A stretch of 64,000 bases of DNA from Octopus vulgaris (GCA_951406725.2 OX597821.1:3286001-3350000); one strand, 5' to 3'. Shown: positions 26,901 to 41,313, counted from the first letter of the stretch. The notes: generated by a model from the sequence alone, not told the origin. Numbers and translations are program-made.

Positions 26901-27818
26901 TTCCATCCAACAAGTGTCGAAATCTCTAAAGCAAAGAGTTTTTAAAATTGCTTTTCCTTTCTCAAAATGGGATAAATATACTCACCGTTCTAATTCTGTA
27001 GTACGTATTGCTTTAAATTCTCTATGAGGAAGGAGAAATATCTGAAATAGAAATTTCACACCTCATCACATTTCTGCTAACAGCAAATAAGTTTCTCTTC
27101 GTACACTTATTGACAGTTGTACAGTGTATCAATGAGAAATATCGTGTTGGAAGTAACAAGTCATTCTATACAAAAGGACAGTAAAAACAAAAAGAAAAAA
27201 ACAGCAAAATACAGATACAATTAATTCTGTACTGTAAATATAAATTTAGATAATGTTTATCGTTCTGTGAGCAGTGACATTAGCAAATGCATTTTCAGCG
27301 TGATACAATTCAGACACTGGAAAACAACACTGGCCACAGTAATTTTCCTACTCCCAAAAACATCAATAACAAAATGGAAGATATAATCAAGAAAAAAATA
27401 AACGCTGATAAAGAGTATAAAGGTAGTGGAGTGATGAGTGAGAGGCATGGGAGGGGAAAGAAAATGGATGCCTGCTGTAATTATCGCAAAAGTCATCTGA
27501 AGAAATAAATGCCAAAGACGCGTGTGATAATAGGAACGGACAGCTTACGGAAATGCATTACATGACAGAAACATGCTTAGCCAAGCTTTTCAGGAACGAA
27601 TATTTCGAATTACCTAAAAGGACACAAACAACTTTTCACCAATGTAATTCCAATGCATCACGAAATTTAAGAACGTATTCAATATTAAGTGGAGCCAAAA
27701 CAAAAATGATAAAATTAACTATACATACATACACACATACATACATACATAGTTATACACACATATACATGCATACGATACACAAACACACACACGGACA
27801 CAAGACATATTTATACAT

Positions 27819-27869
<51 letters not shown>

Positions 27870-27882
27870 GAAACATAGTCAA

Positions 27883-27939
<57 letters not shown>

Positions 27940-28523
27940 GGAGAAGATATTTAAGCAAAAATGCTTTCCAAAATAAACAAATTGACAAATCAAATGAAAG
28001 CAAGAGCGTCGATACATATAATCGCATATATATGTATATATATATATATACGCAAACCTGCTTGAATCGAAGCTTACACACATACGCACACAGTCGCTCG
28101 TTTACACACAAGACAAAGGGAAAAAAGTCAGGCAAGGAAATGGGAAAGAAAACAATAAAAATTAAGCACAAAAATAAATCAACGAAACGAAACTATTGAC
28201 TCAATTTAATAGAAGACATACAACACGCAGTTGTAAAGTAACAAATGTTTCCTGCAACAGAACTGATAATGGTTAATAGAAGCAAAGACCCTGGCAAGCG
28301 ATAGACAAAATGAAATTACTGTCATTAAATGTTTTTATCACGAAAGGCGGAAGAAGCGAAATGAACACAATGTCCATGAGTAAAAACAAGGAGAAGAAAA
28401 CGGCAAATAAATGAAATAAAATTAAAAACATAAGAATAAATATCTTCATGCTAAAACGAACAAATATTAAAAGGAACAAAGTAAAAATAATGGCAGTTGA
28501 AGTTATAGGTTCTTGTTGGTGTG

Positions 28524-28526
<3 letters not shown>

Positions 28527-28583
<57 letters not shown>

Positions 28584-28624
28584 CTTTATTATTACTGGTA
28601 GTAGTAGTGGTAGTAGTAGTAGTG

Positions 28625-28710
<86 letters not shown>

Positions 28711-28911
28711 CGTGTTTGTAGCAGTGTCATAACAATGAAATAATGAGCGAAGCAATGGCGAGAAATATCAATAGGAAGACACTGGCCACAAATATGTAAA
28801 ATGTTGCCTTCCTCCTGGATATAAGAAAGCACAGCAAACAAATATGAATTGCCGGTAAAAAATGGCTACTACTACTACTACTACTACTAATAATAATAAT
28901 AATAATAATAA

Positions 28912-28970
<59 letters not shown>
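28527..28970. repeat. Compound trinucleotide microsatellites (ATT)n(AGT)n and (ACT)n(AAT)n(ACT)n
   Basis: Directly visible; source of the poly-T/N/V/L/S ORFs. Confidence 0.95.
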
Positions 28971-28973
<3 letters not shown>

Positions 28974-29494
28974 GCTTCTGATCTTAATTGATTGGAAGTG
29001 TTATAATGTTCATTGTTTTGTTTTGGTGTAAAAGATGGGCTACAGCAAATATTCTGCTCAATACTACAGATTTGCTTGTCAGTTGTATGACCTTAACCAG
29101 TTGAAAATGTCCCTTAGTGGCTGATGATACGTGCTCCTCTGATCACGAGTAGATGTACTGGGGGAGCATCATAGCCATGTGTTGAGAGGGATTCTTTGAA
29201 GTTTAGTTCACATTTGGTAGCATGGGTGTTTCGAACAAGATCCTTAAACAGCCCTTATTCAAGGACCTTTTGAGTGGATTTGGCTACTCGCCATGAAGAT
29301 AATTGTAACTGGCATAGACCTGAAGGGTCATGTGCTGTTTATCTTGATATGAGATCACCATGTCACGCATATACGGTTGTGATGCATGTCCCTGGTGTAT
29401 CCTTATCAGACGGGTGATCATGACGGGTATACTGGGTTTCGTACATTTTACCCCAGTGTCACTTTGATGGCATGCACTGCTCTCCCACTTAATG

Positions 29495-29565
<71 letters not shown>

Positions 29566-29654
29566 TATTATTATTATTATTATTATTATTATAATTATGA
29601 TGATAATAATAATAACAATAATAGTTTTGTATATATTCCATACTATACTCTTAT

Positions 29655-29882
29655 ACTCTCTCTCTCACTCTCTTTTAATTGTCTCAGTCATTTAACTGTG
29701 GTCATGCTGGAGTACCGCCTTTAGTCGAGCAAATCGACCCCAGAACTTATTTTTGGTAAGCCTAGTACTTATTCTATCGATCTCTTCTGTCGAACAGCTA
29801 AGTTACGGGGACGTAAACTCACCACCATCGGTTGTCAAGCGATGTTGGGGGGACAAACACAGACACACAAACACATACACAC

Positions 29883-29930
<48 letters not shown>

Positions 29931-30093
29931 GACGGGCTTCTTTCAGTTTCCGTCTGCCAAATGCACTCACAAGGTTTTGGTTGGCCCGAGACTATAGTAG
30001 AAGACACTTGCCCAAGGTGCCAGGCAACTGGACTGAGCCTGGAACCATGTGGTTCGTAGGCAAGCTACTACCACACAGTCACTCCTACGCCTA
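29655..30093 (-). mobile_element. CORE-type tRNA SINE, full length
   Basis: Colinear with 32551-32969. Head TAGGCGTAGGAGTGACTGTGTGG, CORE CCTTGGGCAAGTGTCTT, internal (TA)n/(TG)n. Confidence 0.85.
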
Positions 30094-30511
30094 TATATTC
30101 TATTTGAATAAAAAGAGAGTGGAAATGACGCATTAGATATGAGTAACATACGATAAGAATAACATGGAATGTGCTATATTAAAGAGCAACTTTGAATCAT
30201 ATGTTTGTGTGTGTGTAGTTATATATAAATATATATGTGTGTGTGTGTGTGTGTATGTATGTGTGTGTGTGTGTATATATATATATTTTGAAGAACATAA
30301 AGCTAAACTGAAAATATTATTTGTTTATAGTGGTGGTGAAATCAATTACTTCTACTGACGTACTGCCGAGTTATCTATCATCCATGAACTATTAACAGAA
30401 TATTCATATTTAAACAAGCTAAGAAGACCATGAGAATAGGCCATGAATAATAATATGTAAATGACAGGGAAAAAGGAAAAGCATTGAAAAAAATCTCTGT
30501 TGAATGAGATG

Positions 30512-30568
<57 letters not shown>

Positions 30569-31020
30569 AAAGGAGAAAAACATGGTGTTCTTCAACATTT
30601 TGAATACATAAGCCGAATCGAACGGCGGAGAGAAATCAAAATTACATTGAGATATATACAGAAGGTAGTGAGTTCCCAAATGATTCACAAGGGAAATACC
30701 ATAATCAGACACAAATGATAAGGAAAAACCTATTTCTTCTGGATGACACAGAAAGTTAATTTGATAAAATGAAAGGTAATTTCTACATAAAATTATATGT
30801 TGGTGTGAAATAAGTATCATACGTTTATTAACGCGTGACACAAAAGATATTTCTGCAAATGGATTTCAAACAATAATACATTTATTCGCTAAGGCTGAAA
30901 AGTTATTTGATCCAGTCTTCAAGAGAAGGATATCTCGTCATTCAGAGAACACTCCTTCATAGTATCATAGTAGCAGGGTGCATGCGTTGTGGATTGCTGA
31001 TAATTGTATCAGCTGATGCA

Positions 31021-31053
<33 letters not shown>

Positions 31054-31057
<4 letters not shown>

Positions 31058-31378
31058 TTAAAACTGTAAGATAACAAAAGAAAGAAAGAGACCTCAATAT
31101 TATGTAAATAGAGCAATTTATCTGTAAATATAATATGTGACAATTATTCGGTAGCCAAGATAAAACTCTGACTTTCAGATGCTGATGTGGAAATCCACAC
31201 CACCATCTCTTCGGTTATCCGGCCATCGGAAAAACGCTATGAAAAATGACCGTTATACAAAGAGCTATTGGAATGACCACTAATTAAGGTAAGTGGGTAA
31301 AAAGTCGATAGTATACGCGTAACCGCGCCTGTTCATACGTACACATGAACCTGCTTGTTCATAGACCTGTCTAAGACA
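31054..31378 (-). mobile_element. Short (TA)n-flanked insert carrying a degenerate hammerhead (PLE terminal-repeat-like)
   Basis: (TA)n on both sides and an HHR-like fold at 31159-31219. Confidence 0.5.
31159..31219 (-). ncRNA. Degenerate hammerhead ribozyme
   Basis: Minus strand reads GATAA CCGAAGA GATG..TGTGGA-TT-TCCACA..CATC T GAAA GTCAGAG TT TTATC. Stem III has a mismatch. Confidence 0.45.
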
Positions 31379-31399
31379 GATATATATATATCTGCTATT

Positions 31400-31825
<426 letters not shown>

Positions 31826-32550
31826 TAACATCGCTTCAATTTAAAAAAGAAACTGCTGTCCTCAGACGCATATGGCCATACATATTTCCAACATAAAGGA
31901 TAACTCATTTTTAGCAAAAAATCACTAATATTGTTGCTCTGTGTTCATACTTGTGTGTTGCTAACAATTTCCGTTTCAAAAATTGGTAACCAATAATCTT
32001 TCATAAAATAGGATGTGTTTGATTGTTGCCTCCCCGAGATATTGTATTGTTTAACTATAAGCATTGTACAAGAGCGAGTGCTAGCAGCCGCGAAATCAGA
32101 CAGACAATTCTAATAAATTTGCAGTTATATTTACAATGCTCCTTAAATTATCATATTTGATAACCATAACTTTTGTAGCTTCAGTGGAGCTAAACTATAC
32201 ACTAATTATCATATCTAAGTTGAACGTCCTTTGTTATAGCTGAGTGCGTGTTCTGAAATAATATGCGAATGGAAAATCTGGGTTACGATTGTGATGTTCA
32301 GTATCTAAACATCCTTTCTACTTTGAGCACAAGGCCTGAAATTATGCGAGAGTGTGTAACCATTGTGCCAGGTTATCACATATTTAGTATCTAATTATCA
32401 GTATTTAAAACCAATCAGAGTTTTATATATTTTCAATTTTTACGAAATCCGCATTCGCTTAGATTTGAATAAGATTAACGTGAGGTCTGTACTTTTCGCT
32501 GTTTTTTCGCGGTGCGACTTCTCTTATATAAATAAAAATTATATATTATC

Positions 32551-32969
32551 TTTACTCTTTACTCTTTACTCTTTTACTCTTTTACTTGTTTCAATCATTT
32601 GACTGCGGCCATGCTGGAGCACCGCCTTTAGTCGAGTAAATCGACCCCGGGACTTATTCTTTGTAAGCCCAGTACTTATTCTATCGGTCTCTTTTGCCGA
32701 ACCGCTAAGTGACGGGGACGTAAACACATCAGCATCGGTTGTCAAGCAATGCTAGGGGGACAAACACAGACACACACACACATACATACATATATACATA
32801 TATACGACAGGCTTCTTTCAGTTTCCGTCTACCAAATCCACTCACAAGGCATTGGTCGGCCCGGGGCTATAGCAGAAGACACTTGCCCAAGATGCCACGC
32901 AGTGGGACTGAACCCGGAACCATGTGGTTGGTTAGCAAGCTACTTACCACACAGCCACTCCTGCGCCTA
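32551..32969 (-). mobile_element. CORE-type tRNA SINE, full length
   Basis: Head TAGGCGCAGGAGTGGCTGTGTGG, B-box-like GGTTCAGTCCC, CORE-like TCTTGGGCAAGTGTCTT, (GAGTAAAA)n tail. Confidence 0.9.
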
Positions 32970-33582
32970 TAACCTTGTTATATACATGGCAAATTTGAGT
33001 ACAGGGAAAAATGTTACTATGAGTGTTAATAATTCACTATCGAATCACAGTAAATATCTTCTCGAGATTGCTAACAAGATGTTTCAACAAACTGCGCTAA
33101 TAGCATTTACAATCTTCCAAATTTTTCATTCCGATTTGAAATTCTCAACTTTATATTGGTTTCATTTGATGAAACTTACAATCGTGTATTCCTAAATAGA
33201 CTGATTTACCAGAATCAGTATCAATGTCAGGCTAGTTTTAAAATTATAAACGAAAAACATAAAAACTGATAAATGGTGAGAAGATTTAAACCTAATGAAT
33301 AGTGAGTAATGTCTCGTTAACGCTTTTCTGTATAGTAATTATACAAAGTAATACATTTCTAGAAGTCTACAAAATAATCAGTAATTATAATGTAAGAGAA
33401 ATTCATTAGATGGTCACTGAATTTTAATTAATTGCTGACTTTCAGTGAACAAATATCAGAGACTGGATTCAACCACCCCACTTAATATGTATGTATGTTT
33501 TGAGTGGTGCGTGTGTGTGGGACAGATGTATGTATATATGTATGTATGTATATATCCATATCTATCTATCTATCTATCTATC

Positions 33583-33638
<56 letters not shown>

Positions 33639-33644
<6 letters not shown>

Positions 33645-34100
33645 ATGGTTGTATACTGTCAATCTAACGTGAACGGGACAGTAGGGGGTTACATCACCGC
33701 TGTTTAGCCCTAGGAAGCATCGACGCCTCCTGATGACTTTGACACATTTTTCCTGTGTCCTTATATACATTTACGAAGGTGAGACAAACACCCCCAGCAG
33801 CCAGGCCTGCATCTAGAGACACGCATGTTTCAGGATCATTGTCCTTCATCGGTCTAGAATAGCAGACGCCCGTCAGCCGTTGATATCTGCCTCGACTCGC
33901 AAATGTATATATCTAACGTTCACGTTAGATTGACAGTATACAACCATTCTATCGCCCCAACACCGTACATATCTCTATGAGAGATTTACAAATTTAATAT
34001 TTCTGATTTTGGTAATCAGTGAATAAACTTCACTGAAATTAGATATATACATTTGCGAGTCGAGGCAGATATCAACGGCTGACGGGCGTCAGCTATTCTA
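33639..34100 (-). mobile_element. Hammerhead-bearing mini-element made of two inverted, circularly permuted pieces
   Basis: 33639-33675 is inverted at 33917-33953, and 33855-33916 is inverted at 34039-34100 (1 mismatch). HHR at 33812-33858. Adjacent to (TA)n(GA)n. Confidence 0.75.
33812..33858 (-). ncRNA. Minimal type I hammerhead ribozyme (CCGAUGA core)
   Basis: Minus strand reads TCTAGA CCGATGA AGGA-CAATGA-TCCT GAAA CATGCGTG TC TCTAGA. Cleavage triplet GTC. Confidence 0.8.
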
Positions 34101-34533
34101 TTTAGGTTACTTAAAATATATTTGACACATTTAGACTTCTGAAGACAAATTCACTGCTGTTACCACGGAGAAAAAATATCTTCTATTGTAAAGTCGTGAT
34201 ACAACTGTCCGGCGCTACTACCTACCAGATTGCAAGATGCATTTCTAGCTCTTTGTGATCACCGGGAAATACCGAAGTGAAGCAACTCTGAACAGAATCA
34301 ATTAAAACCGCAGCTTCAAGTAAAACACACAGAGAAACATTGAGTTTTCTGAAGGGGATTAACTAGATTAAGTAGATTAAATATATTAATCTCCTTTCTG
34401 TCAATACCTCCGATCTAAGATTTCTTCCCTGAAGACGGAAGCTGGTATTATACGACGATGGAATCAATTTAATCATTATTTTGGATCACCAGGCCTCAGA
34501 AACAGCTGCTAGACTCATAAAACTTATTAACCC

Positions 34534-35090
34534 CTTTCATCATCATTGTTCGACCGCGGTCGAGACAGTGGAATTTGCTATGTTACGCCAGACTTCGCAG
34601 TCCATCATAGCATTACGGAAGTCCTGTTGCTGGATGCCTGTATCCCTGGAGATTATATCAAGGTAGGAGAATGTGTGCCCTCTGGTATCGCGAATAGATG
34701 GCTTCCAGAGCAGAAGAGTAGGAATTGCCTCGTTTTCAGCTCTACAACAATGTCCAGCAAACTGGACTCTCCTACCTTTCACAAGAGATGACACAGGTGG
34801 TAGTTTCCCATATATTTGCATTTTGGTTGGATGGCGCTTCCACGAGAGATTTTGAGCTCTCATAAGGAAGCGAGTGTAAGTTCCATCCAACGGCCTCTCA
34901 AGCTTCTTTGATAACGTCCAGGTTTCTGAGCCATATAGTAGGATTGGTTCGACTGTGGCTTTGAAGATTTTAAGTTTGAAATCTCTACTTAGATTTGATG
35001 ACTAGATCTTATGCATATCATTACAGGCTGACCAGGCCATACCCTTTCTATTTAGAAAATCTTTTCCAGATGATGATATGTATGACCCCT
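34534..35090 (-). mobile_element. RTE-group LINE, 5'-truncated 3' fragment (RT C-terminus)
   Basis: YISSSGKDFLNRKGMAWSACNDMHKI*...KIFKATVEPILLYGSETWTLSKK...RRVQFAGHCCR...VWRN, ending in a short (TGA)n tail. Confidence 0.85.
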
Positions 35091-35289
35091 TTAATTCCTG
35101 ATATTTCTTTTCTGTGTAAGTTGGACCTGTTTGTATGTAAACATATAAACATTTTTGTATTAAATATATTCAATATTGTTTGCATATCGACTTGCCTAAC
35201 CTTCTCATCCTTACATTTACTCCTCTACCTGCAGAGGTTTCAACCTCTTCAGCACTACTAAGTGTATTCTATACAGAGAATATCTGTTT

Positions 35290-35345
<56 letters not shown>

Positions 35346-36196
35346 TTGTGTTTTTATGTATAACATGTATCACTTTGAGATTAAAATACTGCACCGACTT
35401 ACCAAAAGCGCTGAATCATAAAATAATGTTCAAATGCAGTAGAAACACATTATTAATAATGATAATTCTTATCAAAAGAAACCGCTATTGATACAAAATT
35501 AAATTGATGAGAAATATAATACACTAAAGAGTGAGATCGATTTTTGTTATGTATAGTTATAAATCCGGACGTATAGCCGTGTTATTAGTCCTCTGTACTT
35601 ATTAATGTGGTTTATTATGTAAAAGATATGCTTCGATAATACAGCAACATTTCGCATTATCCGTCATACTTTTCTTCCTACTGTGTAATTTCTTTAACAA
35701 AAACTCATGTTCACGTTTCAATATAACAGTGTTTTGTGGAGCGGCAGATACCCAGAGTTAAGTAAGGAAGTATTTGATGTGTCCAAACGTTTCAATATTA
35801 TTCCGTACATATAAAATGGAGTAAAATCAAGCGCTTGTAATTACACATTTCCATCAGTGTAGGAAGATTGATTGATCTATGCTGATTCCTAATTTGACAT
35901 TTGCTACATTCACTTTTGCAATTTGAGGTCATAAAATTGAATTGCCTGAAATAAGCTGAAAATACGAGAAATAGTAATACGCTCTCCAAAAATAATTGTA
36001 GTAATAAATGTTGTCTAGACAATCTATCATTGAATTACTAGGGGATCATTTCCACTTACACTATTTATATATTGGATTCTTATGGTATATGTGTGTGTAA
36101 GTGTGTCTATGCATGTACATAAAAATGTATATATATATATATATGAATATAAATAGATACTGACATATACTTTCATACATATATACAAACATATAA

Positions 36197-36274
<78 letters not shown>

Positions 36275-36585
36275 GTACAATTTTAAATGCTGTTGCATTT
36301 TTCTCATAAGGTATTGGAATCTTACATATATACCATTCTGCCTTAAAAATGGATCTACAAATTCGATATCCCTGCATATCTCACATCTATTGTCTTTCCA
36401 CCACCTCACTCTCTATTTCGTATCCTATCTAAATTAACTATTACTTAACCATCCTCTCACACCGTCTCCGATGAAGGGATATAATTAATAAATATCCTTG
36501 AAACAGCTGTAAGAACTTCTATCTAGAAATGTTCTAATATCTACACAGCCTTGGGTTTTTTTATCGCACTTCGCAAAAAATTCTT
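36275..36585 (+). mobile_element. Short (TA)n-flanked insert carrying a hammerhead (solo PLE terminal-repeat-like)
   Basis: About 310 bp of unique sequence between two long (TA)n tracts, with an HHR at 36464-36516. Confidence 0.6.
36464..36516 (+). ncRNA. Minimal type I hammerhead ribozyme (CCGAUGA core)
   Basis: (G)TCT CCGATGA AGGGATAT-AATTAATAA-ATATCCTT GAAA CAGCTG TA AGA. Palindromic stem III; stem I only about 3 bp. Confidence 0.7.
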
Positions 36586-36593
36586 ATATATAT

Positions 36594-36663
<70 letters not shown>

Positions 36664-37014
36664 GACGCCTTGAAAGAACAATCTGATTCCGCTTTATATC
36701 AAATAAACCACCTAAAAACCAACGGATCATATTACTACGCAGTTGCATTAACGTTATACCTTGCCGAGCTTGTATAAGAATGCTTGAACATGATCCCATA
36801 TAAATCTTAATCTCCTGTGTACATATTTGGATGTTTCCTCTCTGGTTTAAGATGTAGGTGTATTTCATTTAAGTTCAAATGTCTTATTCTAAACTATTCA
36901 TTTTACATTTTGAGAAGGGAGCTATATTTAGCAGATCAATCTAAAATGTGTTACTGTTATCATTGTTGATGATCAATTTTTTATTCCATATCAGAGCTTA
37001 GAGAGATAGCTAGC

Positions 37015-37049
<35 letters not shown>

Positions 37050-37210
37050 GGTGAGAGAGAGCAGACCTTTGATACAGTATGACCTTTATAAACTGGATGT
37101 CTGTTTAAAGGCATATTCGGCAGTTTTCTTTTGCGATATGTTGGGTGATTCTGAGAAATATCTGCATCGGATGGTTGGTATTTTAATTAGTTTCAGCAGC
37201 AAATGTAACC

Positions 37211-37243
37211 GTAGTAGTAGTAGTAATAGTAGTCGTAGTAGTC

Positions 37244-37295
<52 letters not shown>

Positions 37296-37354
37296 CAGTA
37301 GCAGTATAGTAGTAGTGGCAGCAGCAGAAGCAGCAGTAGTTTTAGTAGAAACAA

Positions 37355-37393
<39 letters not shown>

Positions 37394-37425
37394 CAGCAGT
37401 AGCAGCAGCAGCAGCGGCAGCTGTA
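37211..37425. repeat. (AGT)n/(AGC)n microsatellite
   Basis: Directly visible. Confidence 0.95.
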
Positions 37426-37608
37426 ACAGCCACAGTTGTAGATTTCCCGACTTTGTCTTACGCTGATTCACAATATCTATGTTTTACATAGAAAATGCAT
37501 TAAATGATTGGTTTCATATAAAGCGTATCTCACTCAGGAGTATGTGTTACAATTTCACATCTCACTTAGGCGTATGTATTATAATTTCACGAACATATTT
37601 TAATGTTT

Positions 37609-37993
37609 GGAGGTGCAATGGCCCAGTGGTTAGGGCAGCGGACTCGCGGTCATAGGATCGCGGTTTCGATTCCCAGACCGGGCGTTGTGAGTGTTTATTG
37701 AGCGAAAACACCTAAAAGCTCCACGAGGCTCCGGCAGGGGATGGTGGTGATCCCTGCTGTACTCTTTCACCACAACTTTCTCTCACTCTTACTTCCTGTT
37801 TCTGTTGTGCCTGTATTTCAAAGGGCCGGCCTTGTCACTCTCTGTGTCACGCTGAATATCCCCGAGAACTACGTTAAGGGTGCACGTGTCTGCGGAGTGC
37901 TCAGCCATTTACACGTTAATTTCACGAGCAGGCTGTTCCGTTGATTCGGATCAACCGGAACCCTCATCGTCTTAACCGACGGAGTGCTTCCAG
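37609..37993 (+). mobile_element. tRNA-derived SINE, full length, with probable TSD
   Basis: A-box TGGCCCAGTGG and B-box GGTTTCGATTCCC. Flanked by ATTTTAATGTTT / ATTTAAATGTTT. Confidence 0.9.
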
Positions 37994-39829
37994 ATTTAAA
38001 TGTTTGTATTGACATGCTTAAGGGTGGGAATAGGAAATTCTATCTCTCTACAAACAGAAACTCTCTTATTTTACTTTGAAATACTGAAGTGGTTTATAAA
38101 TATTCCAATAGCAAAAGATATGAAATTTTATTACCAAGTAGAATCTCAGTAACTTAAATGGAGTGTTTTTTTCTACTCCCCTGTATTCGGAAGACTGAAG
38201 TATTTATTAAATTTCCAGTGCAACATTAGTGTAACGAACTAGATATTATTTTTTAATATTTCCCCTAAAAATATATGTTTTATTTATTACAATAATTCTT
38301 TTAATAATATATATCTGTTAGTAACGTATTAAATTTCGTACATCTTTTGATAATAATCGCACGTTTAAAATGTTTTTTATTCAATAGCGAAAAATACCAT
38401 TACATGGTTGCAAGCATTCCGGTTTGTTCCCTATTTTCAAGATAGTTATCTTCAGCAAATCGGGAGTGCCATGAAAATATGCATTAGCAAACACCTTCTC
38501 TTCGACGAAAAGGGAAATGATGAAGCAAGCAGTTTAACAAAGGACTGTTTGGTTTTTGTTGACTGTAACATATATTCGATTGTTTTGTGGTTCAGGTCAC
38601 ATTGAGCGCCGATTAAGTGCAACTATTATCAAAACTATTTCAACCGACAACGCTGTGGCATAATTAACTGGGACTTCATAATGTTGCCTTTTTTTATGCC
38701 GTACGTCGCTATGTTTTGGACAACTGGGTTGTGTGAGTTCAAGCAGGTAGTACAACTATATATTAAATAAAATCTCTTATCCTCCTTTGATCTTACTACC
38801 CTCTTAATTGGTTCTGAATATTCAGAATAGATACAATTAATAACATATTAAAAGTTTTAACCACTCGGACACAGCAGCACGCAAAATAACTACTTTTCTT
38901 GAATAAGTTAAAGTAGAAAGCGCATGGTAAAATGTATTATCCACTCATAAATTATCTTATATCGAATAGAATATTAGAAAATTAGAAAGTATAATGATGT
39001 TAGCTTTCGGCAGTGAATTATAATGGAAAACAAATATTTATGAGGGTTATTTTTTCTAATAATTATTATTGTCCCTTAATGACCAGCAGCTATTAAAGTA
39101 ATTTGTTAAGTATACTAATGGCTTTATTTTATCTCTTCCAAAGAAGCGAAAAAGGAAAAATAGAAGCAAAAACAAATATTCATTATTATGATTTTGACGT
39201 TAGCAAGTTATTTACTTCAGAAATATAGAAAATTTCCAAGTAATAAAATTAAATTCTACCGTAACTATAGGGCACGTAACTGCAAACCGAGCTGGAATAT
39301 CATTTAATTTTCCATTTAACTGATTAAAGAGACGAGAGGAATTAATTTAATAATCAATACATTCTTATGGCAACATCATTAATGCCAAACATACAAAACT
39401 AATGCTGGACTTGTCGATAAGGTAGCAAGCTATCAGAGAAAACTTCATATCCGGTCACGGTCATTGATGTTTTTCTTCCCTGATATTTTGTGTCTCGCTG
39501 ATTTCACATAACAAGCAGATTGACTGAAATTCACTGATAAAAAATGTCGATATGAAATGATTGATAAATAACTACCATTAATATACAGCTATTCAACATC
39601 TCGTAAAACGTGATGTCTTTCTCACACGTCAGATAATAAGTTAATGCCATTCTAGCTGGTGAGATAGAACCCATCCCGTTCTATTAAATTCGTGTCTGTA
39701 ATACTGTTAATTTCAATCAAAATACAAAGCAATAAGATTGAGCAAGAGTCAAGATTTGACCTGAGATTCCTCATCCGAAACTTACGATTCCAAAATGTGA
39801 GGCTTTTGAAATGAATGTTGCTCTGATTT

Positions 39830-40190
39830 TCATCGATTCAGTCATTGGACTGCGGTCATCTAGCGGCACAACATTGGAGCAAATCGATCTGGATACTTCT
39901 TTCTTTTTCTAAGACTGATACTTATCTGTCGATCACTTATATTGAACCGCTACGTTAAGTGACTGTAAACAATTCAGAGCCAGCTGACAGTAGTGTTGGG
40001 AAAGCACAAACACAATGACATACGTGTGTACGTATGCGTGTCTGTGTGCGTGCGCGCGTGTGCATGTGGACTTTCACGGGAGCATTCAAGAACATCTACT
40101 CAGAAAACATTGGGCGGCTCGGAAGTATGTGGGAGTGAATCCGAAGCTTTATGGTTGAAAAGCATGCACCTTAACCATGCAGATATGACT
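39830..40190 (-). mobile_element. Old, degenerate CORE-type SINE
   Basis: Colinear but diverged match to 32551-32969 (TCAGTCATTGGACTGCGGTCAT, GAACCGCTACGTTA, internal TG tract). Confidence 0.55.
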
Positions 40191-40961
40191 ATATGACTGC
40201 ACCTATTGTATAGTAAATTTAATATATATATATATATATATATATAGTAATAAAGCTGAAGTTCTCTGTGTATGGCAGGTTTGGTATCCTTCAACTAACA
40301 CTATCTCCTCCGAGACCCTGATGCACAAATTAAGCAAAATTACTAGTATTATTGCAGAAGGATTCCTCTTCATTCCGTAGAAAAAATATTCAAATCGGAC
40401 CATGTTAACACCAAAAAGTATTTACATCCAAAGGTGCTTTTTTTCTATGGAAATCCCTATTTTTTTTTTACGATTTTTTGACTGCTGTGTCGCCATTTAT
40501 CGGTGTATTTCAACCAGAAAAATGTTCACTTAAAGATAATAACAAGCTACTGGATCTTTTCTGTCGATGTGTGTAGATTCGAAACGCAAAACACTTTTCC
40601 ATTTTTCCAGAGCGTTAAACTCCTTGTACCATCTAAATTGTACTATTAAAAGAAAAACTGTTTAATACCATATATATCGTGTGCGTGTGTGTGTTTTTAT
40701 GTATATGTGCTTACATTAAAATATAAGAATGCGTGTATATATGTGACAATGTATGTATATATGTGTTTAGATGAATATTAATCAATGTACGAAATTTATT
40801 TGTATACACACAAGCGCGCGCACGAGATATAGTCTTTACGACAAACCAATATGGCGTACGTATTCCACTGGGTACATATCGATAGAATACTTATAGTACA
40901 TATGTCCAAAAGTCTGTGTTTTTAGCATAAATATAGATGTAAATGGATATATATATATAAA

Positions 40962-40993
<32 letters not shown>

Positions 40994-41097
40994 CACGTAT
41001 ACGTATATATGTATATATGTATATATATATATGTATATATGTATATATGTATATACATACATACATACATACATACATATACATGTATTTTTTTTTT

Positions 41098-41313
41098 GTA
41101 CTTGTTTCAGTCATTTGACTGCAGCCATCCTGGAGCACCGCCTTTAGAGTGGTGAAAGAGTACAACAGGGATCACCACCATCCCCTGCCGGAGCCTCGTG
41201 GAGCTTTTAGGTGTTTTCGCTCAATAAACACACACAACGCCCGGTCTGGGAATCGAAACCGCGATCCTCCGACCGCAAGTCCGCTGCCCTAACCACTGGG
41301 CCATTGCGCCTCC
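41098..41313 (-). mobile_element. Chimeric SINE: 37609-type head joined to the CORE-SINE 3' tail
   Basis: 41148-41313 matches the head of 37609, and 41098-41147 matches the tail of 32551-32969. Confidence 0.8.

Noticed and set aside
28273-28972. Poly-T/N/V/L/S ORFs
   Set aside because: Trinucleotide microsatellite artefacts.
28970-29490. 520-bp block between trinucleotide microsatellites resembling an interspersed repeat
   Set aside because: Single copy here, with no ORF or diagnostic termini, so it cannot be classified.
34429-34516. CTGAAGA...CTGGT/ACCAG...GAAACAGCTGCTAGA hammerhead-like relic
   Set aside because: The core boxes are present, but stem I does not pair and the cleavage site has an extra base. 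At best a dead copy.
37609-37685. tRNA gene-like sequences (also 11818, 19582, 41313, 52498)
   Set aside because: These are SINE heads. They continue into shared SINE bodies and lack a proper cloverleaf acceptor stem.
40245-40540. Possible Helitron-like non-autonomous 5' end after (TA)n
   Set aside because: No 3' hairpin or CTRR end and no second copy in the window.
40555-40595. TCTTTT CTGTCGA...GAAACGCAAAACA hammerhead-like relic
   Set aside because: The core, stem II and cleavage triplet are all degenerate and cannot be supported from this copy.
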